This document shows, piece after piece, positions 46,851-60,593 of a DNA stretch of 64,000 bases. The stretch is from Chrysomallon squamiferum (Eukaryota; Animalia; Mollusca), in NCBI GenBank assembly GCA_012295275.1, contig CM022665.1, forward strand, positions 19,530,001-19,594,000, given 5' to 3'. The position numbers were made by a program, and so were the translations under genes. Below the pieces are notes generated by a model that was not told the origin of the DNA, made no database searches, and saw only the letters and a list, made by a program, of their open reading frames with translations. How positions within the stretch are numbered: position 1 is the first letter of the stretch; every line of letters starts with the position of its first letter.

Positions 46851-46904
46851 ATAGAGTCACTTGGTGGAAACCTATTCTGCAATGATGATTGTTGGGTTGT
46901 TCAG
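46851..46904 (+). CDS. Second coding exon (54 nt) of the ROS1-like gene; later exons not found in the window
   Basis: CTTTTCTTAATATTTCAG acceptor and CAG|GTAAGT donor, both near consensus, phase 0-0. Encodes IESLGGNLFCNDDCWVVQ. Confidence 0.7.
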
Positions 46905-49900
46905 GTAAGTGAAAGTTTATTTATGTATTACAGTGTTCAAAAACCAAAAACCTATGTATGTTGGTAGGTGAAAATTACCAGTATCAGAATTTTTTTTTCT
47001 GTTCATTAATATATGAAAATAATGCATGGCAAAAGCTGAAGCCCTTATTTTTTTTTTTTTGCTGTTATTTCTTTGGTGCCCCAGTCTGTTTCATATTTAT
47101 CTGATGTTTAAAACACAAATGTACCAAAATTGTTGGGCCCTGTAGGCATCTTTAACAGTGATTTTCTTTTATTTCCAAAGAATTTTATTTATTTAAATTT
47201 TCCTTTTTGTTTATGACAGTGAAGGAAGTATATATGCCTGGTTAGAAGTATATCTTTGTGGCTGATGAATTAATGAAGCTGTAAATACACTGATGACATT
47301 ATTGGTGTAGAAAATTCTTTTTTGGTTTTGTTACGAAGTTACAGCGATTGCAGTGCATATTAATAAATACTAGTTGAAGCACAAGAAACAACAGAACAAA
47401 TTTAAATTAGCTTATTCACAAGAAGCTGTTATAACTGTAATTGACTGTGAATTGGCCCATGCTTGTGAATAAAGAGCACCTTACTTTTTCACGTTTAAAG
47501 AATTGACCTGAAATAATTAAAACATTTTTTTTTTTTTTTTAAATGTGTTTCCCACAGATCAGTTTTTAAAAAAAGAAGAAGAAACAAAAGCTCTAACTGC
47601 TGATACAGTAACATAAAACATTCATATAAAGTAGTTTTCCCCATAACTGAGGTTCTTCAATCTTTTAAAAAAATTTTATAACTGTTTAGATCAATAAGGT
47701 CTAGTGATTTTTGTTGAGCAGTTGTGAAAAGAGGGTGATAACGGATTTTTTCCAATAGTGCTTGATAAAGTATGGATGTGTAAGTGAATATTTGTTATTA
47801 GCAGACTCAAAATTGATCATTCTAAAAGGGTAATATCAGATATTAAATTGAATTTCAAAAGTTTTTGTTATCTTTGACTGCTGCATACCGTGACAACTGG
47901 TTGACTGGAATTATGCATTCAATTTTATTTGTATAGAATAATTTTTGGCTTTGATGCAGTCACCACAATTAAATATGTTCATGCTACCCTAGAAAAACAG
48001 AAAAAAAATCACATGCTCATCTAAGATTAATAAAAATTAAACTTTATGCAAGCAGAAAACAGCATCAAGTTCAGTGACAAACTTCTGATACAGTAACTTC
48101 ATAAAACTGTTTTACAGTTACTCTGTTCAGTGCCAACTTTAATAATGACCAAACACCCAATCCAGACATGTTCAAAGTGGCATGAAGCACACGGTGATAA
48201 AGCTTTGATTAAATTCAACAGTATTTTTTAAAACATAAACAAAAGAGGGCACAAATGTTCATTTTGTCAGATCAGAAGAGTTTTTGGACAAAAAGTATCT
48301 GCTAAATAACCATCTTTAATTTCATTTTTCATTTATTTTATGTAAACTAATAATTGAAAATTCAATATTATTAGTTTAAGAAATGTTATTTATTTATTTA
48401 TTTATAAATTATTAAGTAAAAGGGTACTAGAATTTTAAGGTCTATTTCAGTGTACATTGGCATGGGCTTCCTCCTAACTGATGAGTGGCTTTAGCTCTCT
48501 GGGCTTATTCCTGGACAGTTATATTTTAAGCTTCATTTCTGAAAACAGATTACTGACAAAACATCAAATATACTTGTATTTTTTGTTTGTTTAAACCATC
48601 TAGAGAAAATTTACTTTAATTATAAAAATGATGGCTATTATTTATTAGTTTATAGAAAATACATTATCACCACAACTACATTGTGACATGAAATATATAG
48701 TTAAAAAACAACGCTGTACATATTTAAAGATTTTTGTTATGTATATATGCTTACTATTATGTCTAAATCACAAATTCGGTTATTGTTGCAATTACAGTTA
48801 ACATACTTTTTTTTTTTTTTGTCTATTTAACATTATTGTACTGTGTAGGGAAATAAGTAATGGTTGACATATTCTCACACTTTTCAGTTCAATTTGAAAA
48901 TATTCAGGAGTAATCATGACAGTAATGGTGATAACAGGATGATTAAACCTAGAATTACTATGTCATCATGGCTACCATAATAGATTTTAGATGTTCATGA
49001 AAATTATACAAAATAATGGAGATGTATTTGAAGGATTTCAAGACCAAACATTTAGCTGATGTTTATTTTAAAAAGTTTTTCATATGTATGTTAACTATAG
49101 TTATATTACAAAAGTTTCACCTATTCAGTATTTGATTTATCATGCAGTGTGATAAAAATAGAATATCTTAGTTTATTATTATTATTATTATATATAATTT
49201 TTTATTTTTGGGGGTAATGACTTTTAAAACATACATATATTTTCCCTCCCTTATTTACTTACCACTGTCTATGTCTGTGTTAAAAATCCAGAAGATGGGT
49301 ACTGTAAAGTTAAAATTCCCTTTTCTGAAATGACAGCATTCAGATAGAAACCTTTTTCAGAAATAGATGTTTAATGTCTGATAACTTACCACAGGAGCCA
49401 GTGCTTGACTTTATCAATATAAAATTGTGCTTTTAATGAAAAGCTTGAATATTGCTTTTCAGAAGTAGAAAGTGAATTGATAAAAGTTTTATTAGGATTG
49501 TATGACTAAATGTTGTGGTTAAAATACCAACTACTGAAGTGGTACTAGTAAATATGTCAGTTTTCAGGATTGTTTTTCAAAATAATTAGGAAAAGTATGT
49601 TATATAAACTTTTCTTTGACCAATTATTGACATATGCATCTCTAAACATATACATATAGGCAGACAGACAGGCACACCCTAACACAACTGGCAACTAATG
49701 AACAAGTAAAAACTAACATTTCTGACTATTTGATTTAAATCTTCAATCTATATACCAACAAAACAACCCCCATACACACTCTCCTGTCTACCACACAATA
49801 ATGGTTGTCATTTTCTTTTATTAGTTATTGAACTGAGGTTGGAATTACTTTCTGAATTAAGCAAACCTTTTCAGGAAATATTGAGAAATTTTTCCAAGAT

Positions 49901-52039
49901 AATGAAAATGGGTTACTGAGTAACAATAATCAGATAATGTTGTAAACTAGAATAATTTCTAATTTCACTTATTTGCTTGAAACATGCAACAGCCTCATAA
50001 AGCAAGACTAAAATCAAATGGAAATAATTGTGATGCTTTCGCACAAATTGAAATACCCAGGTGTATTATTAGCTTTTCAGCCATACTTAAAAAGGTGTTA
50101 GACTTAATAATTGCATGAATGATTTTCAAAACCTAAGTATGTTAAGTATTTTTAACTGTGAGTACAACTAAAATAGTTTAGTCTGACAAATACTTTCAAT
50201 GTACTTGGTTTCATACCTGACTGTTAAATGCATCTGTTGAAGTAGTATTTAATTTTTATATCACTGTTTTTAATGTCATATATTCATATTTTATTCAGGA
50301 ATTAAATATATTCTTTATCTACATATTTATTCCTGAAATATAGTTAAAAAATAAAGATTTATGATTTTAACATTGTGACTGTTCATGTTAGCCTGTATTT
50401 ACAAGTTACAGCATTTGAAGTGACATCATCTAAAGTGTCTTGTTCATTAATTCCCATTAATGATGTGAATTGTCCATGCATATGCTAACACTAAATATGC
50501 AATATTAGACTTCAACTATGTTAAGCCTAATGAATATTTTTCTGTTTATGAAAGTGAGTATTTCACTTGCCAGAAACCAGTAGATAAAAGTACATCGGTA
50601 TGCTTTTCTCTTTTGATATATTCAGTTGTTTTTTTATTTAACAATTCATCTTCATTAAACTAAAAGTCTGTTTTAATCTTTTGTTGTTAATTTTCAAAGC
50701 ATTAATAACAGATCAATTTTTCATGCTGGGAAATTTGCTGAAAGAGAAATATTTTAAATTATAAAAAAATGTTTGTATATACATTAAATACATTTCATTT
50801 ATGTTGTATTTGTACACAGCATTAATAAATTAATATATATTTATATATACACATACCTATATATATATGTATGTATGTATGTATGTATATATACACTAAT
50901 GTTCTCATTTTTGTTTTTGTTTTATTGAGAGCTGCAAAGTAACTGGGAATTTATAAGTTTAAAGTTTTATGAACAACTGGTTTTATGGAAATAAAAACTC
51001 CTTGCTGGTTTGTGTTGAGAATTTTGAGAAAATCATGCCATATAAAAATAAAAGGAAGAAGAGTAAAGAAGAACCAAATTTAAAATAAAAAATCTGCTGA
51101 TTCATTATTTAGAGAATATAATTTTATTAATCATTTTTTTTTACTGAATAGAATTGGAAATAGCAAGCTAAACATGTGGAACATAAGTTGGGCAGTTAGT
51201 TTAGTTAATTTGTTTGATTAAAAAGCATTTATGTATTATACTGAATAAACCTCTATGTATCAAAATATTATAAAAAATATAACAAAGGAAATACTCGATA
51301 GATTTTGTCAGATAATGGAAAACTAGTTCAATGCCTTGAGGAGTTACCTTAATCCAAGCTGAATAAACATTTACAGGTCATTTGCTCAATATATAAAATG
51401 AAAAGTAACTGTTACTGATGTTGAATGAACTAAGCATTTACCTCATTTATGACATTTAAAACAGCTATTATATATACTTATTTACTTAGGTATTTAATTT
51501 AGTTTTATTGTTTTTCAAAACAAATTTATATATTTTCCTCTGAATTTATTATTTACCTAACTAAATGTGTCAAACATCTCTTTACTGTTTTGAATATCCA
51601 TTCATGGTCTAAGGAAACTATATTAAACTTCAATTTCTGTGTTAGTAGTGGAAACTGAAATATTGTTTTCAATATGATAAACCATTTGTTAATGTTCTTA
51701 ATTCTGGGTTTTTAAATTAAAAAGTGTCACTTTATTTTATCATGTGTGTACAAAGTTTCTCAATTTACATGATTAAAGTATTTCCCAAATGTTTAATAGT
51801 TTTCATTGTCACTTCTTGAAATTATATTCCGATATATTGTCTTTTAACCTTGGTTTGACTCAGTGACATTTTTTTTTTTTATAAATGTATTCTTCAGAAG
51901 TTAAATTAATATCTTTTTAAACAAACTGTTAATTTTTTCTTCTTATTTAATTGTACTTTATACAACAGATACAGATATGTCTGCATCTATTTTATACTAA
52001 GAACAAGTCATTATAATGCATTGTGTGTGTGTGTGATTT

Positions 52040-52075
<36 letters not shown>

Positions 52076-55000
52076 TGTGCACATGCACACTTGCATGTGA
52101 GAAACACTGCAGGAAAATATTTATAATTTTTATTTTAATGCCAGGGAAATTAATTATTGGTGAATATAGAAGAATTTTTCTCTGGAAAGCAAAAAACCCA
52201 GTAATATTCTATATGTTCTATCACAACACTTAAAATGTAACTAAATATTAAAGAAAGTGATATTATCCATTGTAGTTCATTTACATTGATTAATTTCAGG
52301 TAAACAGTTCTCTTACTATTACTGTTATACCTTCAGGCAGGTTAACAAAATTAGAAAATCTGTGACAGATTAATCTTTATGATCCTTTTTTAATGTTTTT
52401 GATGAAAAATGTCATTGCTATAATAAAGGTGACAAGAAAAGAAACTGCACTTCATTTTTAATAATGGGTAGGATTTTTTTCTTAGAATAAAAATAAGTAA
52501 ATATTTAAAAATATGTATGTATTTGTTTATACTTCTTTATCTAAATTAGTAATTTAATTTAAAATTTTATAATGAATGTAAAAAAACCACCAAAAAACCT
52601 GTTATGTCCACACTATTAAGATATATTAAAAAGAACTATAAACATTTAATTGTTCATGAATTTAAGAAGCTAAAAACTGAAAAGTATAATAGTTTTAATT
52701 ATTATATAACACTAATACAGATATTGAAAAGAAATTTTTAAAATGAAAGTATCTATTTTTTATCTCATACACATTATGGATTTACTTAGCCACTGTCCCC
52801 AATCCTCTGCCCGAAAAGAAAAAGAAAAAAGAAACTTTTAGTTGATCTATTTAAATACGTTTAATGGAAATGACATAAAAATTTATTGTCTTCATATGTA
52901 AATATTTAAAAAGGATAATGCTACCTTGAAGCTAGGTAAACTTTTATGAGGCTGTTATTTATTTTATTTCCAAAAAGTTCTCTTTTTATTCATAAAAATG
53001 TTTTATCTTGGGGCAACTCTACAGACATTGAACCTTTAATGACTGAATACAGATTATTATCTTTACTTACACCTACAGACATTGCAGTAACAACTTGTCA
53101 CTAAAATCTTTTTTTCCCCACAAGTGAAATTATCAAAATTTTAGAATTTTACTATTTAATTAATGAATTAATATAATTTTTCAGGAATAAAATGTTATAA
53201 AAATATTAAAGTTTTGTTTGATTAAGTCATTAAATTTTAATAATTATATTTTAGTTTTTTCTAGCCATTTTTCTCACTAAACTGTTAATACCATTTAAAT
53301 GTGGAGAAAGTAAAACTACAAGACCTGAGTTTATTAAATTCAATTGTTTGTGCAAAATACGTTTTCTTTTGTCTAATATCCAAATAGTACTACTTTCTCC
53401 AGATGTTGTGCTATATATATTAATTTATTATGACTTTGAACTGAAAGCTATACACATGTATGTTCTTACCTACCTTGACCTGTCATATATTTTGACAATA
53501 AGAATGTTTAAATATCTACCTTTGATGTAACAATTTATTGCTCTGTATTGTTGGAAATGTGCACCATTATATTAGCATAATTATTTAACATGAAGAAATG
53601 GGTAGATAAACCAGAATGTTCATACAGATAACATGCATCATAATTAATACATTCAGTGTGTAGGTGTTTGTATGTTTTGCTGTAGAATGCATATAGTCAC
53701 TAATTTGCATAAACTGTTTTTCATATATGTGTATATATAAAGACCTTTGTTGGATTTAGAACTAATAAGTTCTTTTATTGTTTTTTGTTTTATTTTTGTC
53801 TTTTTTGGGGGTTCTTTTTTCATTGATTTGATTTGTATTGTCTTTTTGCTAATCCTTTGTTAAATTTCTATTTCTCTCTTTTTTTTGATAAGGGAATTTT
53901 TGTTGTTATTTAGCAGCTAATTAATTGGTTCTTATGTCATGTTTGTCTCTTTTTTTCTTCATAATCAGTAATTAGTTAACCACTTAGTTATTGGTGGAGA
54001 AGAAATTATTTAAATGTGAAATTTTTAAATTGTACAACAATTTATTATCAATGTTTGTGATATATATATATATTGCTGCCTGAAATGGAAAAATGTTACT
54101 TAATATTTTCAGAAGAAACAACCTACTATTTTACTTTATTACTTGATTTATCATTATGTAGCATCAAAACATCTTTTTCTTTAATAGCTTCATGATTTTA
54201 TATTAAATTATTAGTTCCTTTGACTATAGCTTTTCAGAAAGTTTTATCATCAATTTGATTATAAATCAGGTATTTATTTTCATTGTTGGGAAGAGTTTAG
54301 TGTCATAAAATGGTAGTAAACTATTTAGTGCATTTCATTGTATGGTGACCTCATAGGGCAACAAACTGAAATCATACATACATGTATAGGCACAATGAAC
54401 AAAGGAAAGCTATAAATTAAATTTAATGTCATTATGGTATCTTCTAAAACTTTTACTTTTGTTGTATTTCTTTTGTTCTGTTCAGTAGATCATAAATCTG
54501 TTTATATAAAGATGACTGAATAAATATAGTAATATAAAACCTGTTTGTGCTGTTTTATCATTAATTTTATATTGACAGAAAAAAAGTTAAAAATGAAAAA
54601 GAAAAATGTCAGTAATTACTGTATAAAATAATTAACAGTGAAGAAGGGTTTTAATACTCACTAAACAATCAGACAAAAACCCCTTAAAAAAAAGAACAGA
54701 AAATTTTAAATCTAATAAAATTAAAAGTAATTTGATAAAAGTTATTCAAGATGTGTCCAGGATCTTGCTTTTTTAAGTTATTTCCATATGTTGCTTTTAT
54801 GTAATAACAACAATTTATTTTCTGTTATTTTTGGAATCTGTTAAAAATTGATTTTCTAAACATCTTTCTAACAGTTTTCAGAAGTAAAACTAAAAGAATG
54901 GATTATCTGAATTTGTTGGTATTTTCAGTTTAATTCGAATTATTTATTTGCAAATAAAGCCAAATAAATTGTGGAAAATAAAGAATCCTAATTTCATATT

Positions 55001-57309
55001 CATAAGTGAATTTAAAAAAATGGTTAAAATAATGAAATTGTAATCTCAGCTTTTGTGTTTCATAGTAAGTGTAAGTTTAAGATAAGATCTAACAATTACC
55101 GCTTTCTGTGTGGAAACAAGTCATCACTGACAAGTAGGCCACCTTTAACTTGACACAAATTATGAAAACTCTGTTGCAAAGGACACCACAGATGTGTGGG
55201 AATTTTATCTTATTTTCAGTTTCTTAATGAATGACTTGTCATTGCAAATTCACTACAGGCTTTCATTAGTTATTTTGTTTGGGACCCATGCTGCAGTATA
55301 AGATTGGGTAAAACTTAATGTGAGAAGTTCAACACATTATTAGATTTTCTTGTCTTACTGGAAGTGTAGAAACAGAATTTTAATTTATTTAATCCAGTAG
55401 GTTTAAGAATCTGTTAAAATTTGTTTGTTTTATAAAAAATAAAAAATAATTAAAATAAACAAATAATTAAATAAGAACTATTTATATTTAACAAAATTTG
55501 AACAAGTGAAATGATGCGTTTTTCATGTGGTATTTCTTTTGTTTACATATTTTTATATAAAAATACACAAAGATAATTCTCACATAAGGGTGCCTTTAGT
55601 GAGACAAAAAAAAATTCTGTGTGCATTTTGCATTCTTCCAGGTTGTTTTTGTTTCCTATCTTAATAAATGAAATGGTATTTGTGAAGACCATATACCAAT
55701 TAGATGTAGTTTTCTATTAGTTTATTAGTAAATTATTTTAATTAATAATTTCTGTTATTTGTATAGTTCACATTTATCTGTTTTCTAAATTTTTGTTAAA
55801 ATGTAAATTATTTGTGAAATAGAGAATAATAAACAAATAAACACACACACACACACACACACACACAGTACACACATTTATACACATTTATATATAAATA
55901 TTATGCATTATCAAAAAGTAAAGTAATAAAAGGAATCAATTTAGATGCCAGTTTTTATCAATAAGTGAATAATAAATAACTGTGTTTTAATTATGAAATG
56001 GTTTGACTCTAGAGTTATAGAATTTAGAAAATTTTATAGTATCTAGAAAAAAAAAGAAATAATGACTATTTCATTTTTATTTTTGTACTTCCCAAACTGT
56101 TTAACACATTGTCTATTATTAAGTATATTGATATGCACTATGTGAGCTTAGACAACAATGGTATTGGGATTGTAATGAAGAATGTTGTTTACATTATAAT
56201 GGTTTACAAAGTGCTATGGGAGATATTCATGTCTGTTATTAAGTATTGGTATAATGACTAGGTATCAGCATTCTACAGCCTGTGAATATTATTGAGATAG
56301 TAAAGACCTGGCAAATGCTGTAACTAAACAATTACTTATTTCCAAACTTGCATGGGTGATTTTCAGAAATTGTTGAATTATTTATATAGGCCTATATATT
56401 TGTATGTAATCAGCAACATTGTAATACAGTAGATCCTTTTCTTACTTCACTTTTTAGTATAATTCAGTATTTGCTTTGGTCCTTTACTGCATAAAACAGT
56501 AAAGTGGCTTAATAATGATCTGAAAGTATTAAAATGCAATGACAGTAGAATTCACATACTTACAGTCAAGGGAAACTGTCGTTAAGAACAAAAATGTCAG
56601 GGAAATCATATTTGAGTGACAATCCTGAATAGATTTATTATTAATGATTAAAAAAATATATATATTTATTTTTTTACCAAATTAAGATATTTTCAGTATG
56701 TGAACCAGATGATTTTAAATATGTATCAACCTGTAATATTATGATATGAATTATTTATTTATGACTTACTTGAAAATATAAATTATATAATTGTTGATTC
56801 AAAGATTTTTAGTTACACTGAAATGACTCACTTATGCCTGCAACCAAATTTAAAAATAGAATGATGCCATAGTCCTTCTTTCACAGGTTAATGTTACTAG
56901 TAAAGTCCATAAACAAGCCAGTATTAAAACATTACAGTCCTTTGTCACAGATGCAATCAAGTATTTGTAACTTGACCTTGGTATTAACATTTATCCTGAG
57001 GCAAGATGAGCTACGAATTTTAACTGCCTCTATGAAGAAAGATGTTACAGAGCACAAGGACATTAACCTGTCATTGTAAACAACAATTAGCTCTGATGGG
57101 ATCCATCATCTTAGGTGTCAGGGAGGGTTAATGTGTTAAAAATAAATAATGACCTCTATAATTCTGTTTGTTTTTCTGTTTGTGTGTGGTTCTCTTTTGT
57201 TTTGTTTCGTGTTTCTTTTTGTATTGTATGACTTTTATGGCTATTACACTGTTTCGAATGTTACTGTTTTAAAATAGTTTTAACTAACTGAAATGCCACA
57301 TTTTCAAAT

Positions 57310-57866
57310 CTAGGACAAATCCCCACCCAGATAATTCCCCACCCAGACAATAACACACTTGACAATAACTCAGTTTTGGATAATTCCTATTCTTAACTTT
57401 TGGTGTGTCTGTTACATGTTTATCAGAGTATTATATCATTGATTGTACTTAGAGGATTATTGTGTAATTGAACTTGATTGCACTTCGAAGGATCATCCTT
57501 GATTACACCTGGTTGATCTTTGTGCACAAAGAAGCCACAACAAGGTGGCTTCTAACTATTTTCCAACTGCACACGAAGCCATGACAAGCTGGCTTTTAAC
57601 TAACTGCCAATTAATTAACAAGATGAGGTATTCAAAACTAGCACAAACTGTGCACTGGCAGGCCTTACAACAACAAGACTTTCCCAGATGTACTCCAGGA
57701 CATTGGCCATTGTGTAAGATTTAAGTAAATCAAGCAGTTTTATATGTCATTACTAATGAAAATTATTGTTGGTTAAAGTTTAATAAACTATACTAATTCT
57801 TTTCAATACTAATGTGTGGAATGCGGCATTGTCCAAGTGGGGAATTGTCCTAGTGAGGAATTGTCC
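57310..57866. mobile_element. MULE-like MITE with GGACAATTCCCCAC subterminal repeats
   Basis: The left CTAGGACAAATCCCCAC/ATAATTCCCCAC repeats are inverted on the right as GTGGGGAATTGTCCTAG/GAGGAATTGTCC. Confidence 0.65.
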
Positions 57867-59885
57867 AACGAGTCTTTATTCCTACAGCTTGCTGTGCTGA
57901 CCATATTCTTTTTAGTCTTTTTCATGCAGTGCTAGCCTTTAGCATGAAAATACTAATGACAATCAGAAATGGCTGCCTGATATTTTGGCCATTGATGTTT
58001 TGACTCCTGGCTTTTTGTCCAATATTACAAATGAAATTATATTACCTTTGTATGGTATTTTCAGTTGAATATATTAAGTAGTGATAGTTTTTCCTGTTTA
58101 ATAACAATAATAATAATGATGATGATAAGATCACATGTTATATACTGAAACATTTATTTTAATTATGAATGAAGAAGACTAATGTTTAAAGGATTGTACC
58201 ATTTTTATTATGTTTCAAAGACAAAATAACATTGTTATAAATCAAGTTTTATTTTTAGTATTAATTACTTTTATTATTGTTACAACTGCATTCTATTATT
58301 GTAGTTGTTGTTGTTACTGATACTGCTCCTGCTATATCTACTGCTGCTACTGCAGCTATCAAATTCCCCCAAGAATGAAATGTCCATCCTGCATTCAGAT
58401 AGCACTGAACCAAAAAGACAAACAAACTACACAACATTAATAGGGGTGGACCTTTTTGTGAGCCATCTGACAATTTTAAATTTAAAAAAGACCTTGACTG
58501 TTAATCTGCCAAGCAGATATATGCTTCAGATAATTTCAATCAAAGGTATTATGTGAATGGGAGAGGTATTTGTAAGAGACATTTTGACCTAAAAGGGTTT
58601 TATTAGATGGTGTTAGGGTAACTGGATTGTTAGAACAATAACATGTTGAACATTATAAATTTCTTTGATTCCAAAGTTACTTGTATGTCATTCTACATTC
58701 CTTTTTTTTTTTTATTCTTCTTTTGATACATGTTATGGGAAACACTTTGATTTGTTTTAGCATTAAAAAAAATATATAAATTTAATACATTTTGTATTCC
58801 TGCATAAACATTATGATTCAGTAGTACACACTTTGTTTATCAACTGAGATAACTATATATATATTTTTTTTAATCCATACTTTGATCACAAAACAGATTT
58901 GTTTATTTTACACGCTAAGCCAGATTGACTGCTAGGTAACCACTTGTGATTGTGATCTCTTCTAGTTATTAACAGTTTCTGGCAGCTCTGTCAGCTCTGA
59001 TTCATCTTTTTTGTTAGTTATTTGTGACCTTTAATGATTTTTCACAGAAAGACCACATGTTCCTATCGGGTGTAGGAAAAAAATGGTACTTGAAAAAATG
59101 GCACTGGGGAAAAAAAGCACCTGGAAAAAATGGCACCCGGAAGAAATGGCACTATGCAAATTTGGAAAAAATAGCACCTTATTAAGTTATTTATTTTTTC
59201 TGTATAGTTGCTTAAAAAAAACAAAAACTTAAAGGTACTTTTGAAAATAGAGTTTATTCATGCAGTATTGCTCCATACATGTATATTAATATATAGCATC
59301 ACTCAGCTATTTGGTTTTGCTTAACAAAGTACAGTATTATATCAGTTTATCACATCATTATCACATTTAAAAATACAGTATACATAGCATCACTCAATGC
59401 ATAGCATCACTCAACCACTTGGTTTTGGTTACCATGAGGTTTCCAGTTGATGATGTGACCAGCACCTTGAACAAACCCTTCAACAGTCTTGCTTCCATCT
59501 TATCTGTCCACATATAACTGATGACGATGAGTCTGTAGCTGGTGTACACACATTTGACAGGCTTGTAGTTAGGGTTGCTTTACAGTCAGTAGTACATTGT
59601 TATAATGAAAGCTGATGATATTTTCATTGATATTTATAAGAAACACATCTGCTTGCAATAGAACTGCTTATTTTTTCAAAGAAGATGCCGTGAGACATTT
59701 CAGAAGTCACTCCTTCAGAAGTGCAATCACTAAGGGCTTGTGCAATCAACTCTTTCTGTCTGGCAGTTAATCCAAGGATATGGGAAGCCACTCCTTCAGA
59801 GGAACAATTATGAATTGTTTTTGTAAGCAGGACTTAATTGATTATGTTATCATGATTAAACTCCAAGGAAATTGCATGTGTCTAT

Positions 59886-59976
59886 GTGTGTGGTGTGGTA
59901 TGGTGTGTGGTGTGGTGTGGTGTGTGTGGTGTGTGGTGTGGTGTGGTGTGGTGTGGTGTGGTGTGGTGTGGTGTGT
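59886..59976. repeat. (GTGTG)n microsatellite inside the element
   Basis: GTGTG pentamer run. Confidence 0.85.
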
Positions 59977-60049
59977 ACGTTCATACATACAGACATGTTC
60001 ATATAGATGTACCTAATGTTAATATGCATAGTTAAGATATCCTTTAGAA

Positions 60050-60593
60050 CAGGCATGGGCAACCTTTTTCGAGAGGCGAGCCACATGAGACATGGCTCAT
60101 CCTCAGGTGGGCCGCAGGTACTAATTTAGGCAATTCTGCAGAATCGCACTTGAAGGAGGTAACTCTGTATCAATTATTAGCTATTCCAGCTGCGGAGGCC
60201 CATATGCATCAAAATAAAATTTTGTTTTTTACACAGTTTATTTTAAGAAATTTTTCATTTACTTAAGAAACTGTTATAATAAAAAAATATTTGGATTGAT
60301 GTAGATTGACTCTAAGGCATGTTGAAAATTACACGGATGACTGGTTTTAGCCATTTTCTTTTCCTGACTTGGATACCCACAATGCAACAGGCAACAAGGG
60401 AGGTTAGTCGGGCATGTAATAATGATTCCTCTGTGATACGAGCTTCCCCTAAACTTTTTTGAGTGAGGGAGAGAGTGTGTGTGAACAAGTGAAGATGAAA
60501 TGAGACAAACAAAATTTGAATTAATGTTATTTTCCTTGTGAAATTAGGCGTGCCACTCAGAAAGCTGTGCAGGCTGCAGTTTGTCTATGATTG
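60050..60593. mobile_element. hAT (Charlie-like) MITE nested in copy 2
   Basis: Starts CAGGCATGGGCAACCTTTT and ends in degenerate GCAGTTTGTCTATGATTG. The 8-bp flanks are CTTTAGAA and CTCTTGAA. It is absent from copy 1. Confidence 0.7.

Noticed and set aside
48451-48477. TTTCAG|TGT... as a candidate third ROS1-like exon
   Set aside because: It reads CTLAWASS* with an in-frame stop and lacks the expected Cys pattern.
58305-58556. ORF with a hydrophobic N-terminus resembling a signal peptide
   Set aside because: It arises from degenerate TGC/TAC trinucleotide repeats, starts at TTG and has no convincing splice sites.
59072-59180. Regularly spaced AAAATGGCAC repeats that look superficially CRISPR-like
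   Set aside because: The units are about 10 bp with tiny spacers, the context is eukaryotic and there are no cas genes. They are explained as transposon subterminal repeats.
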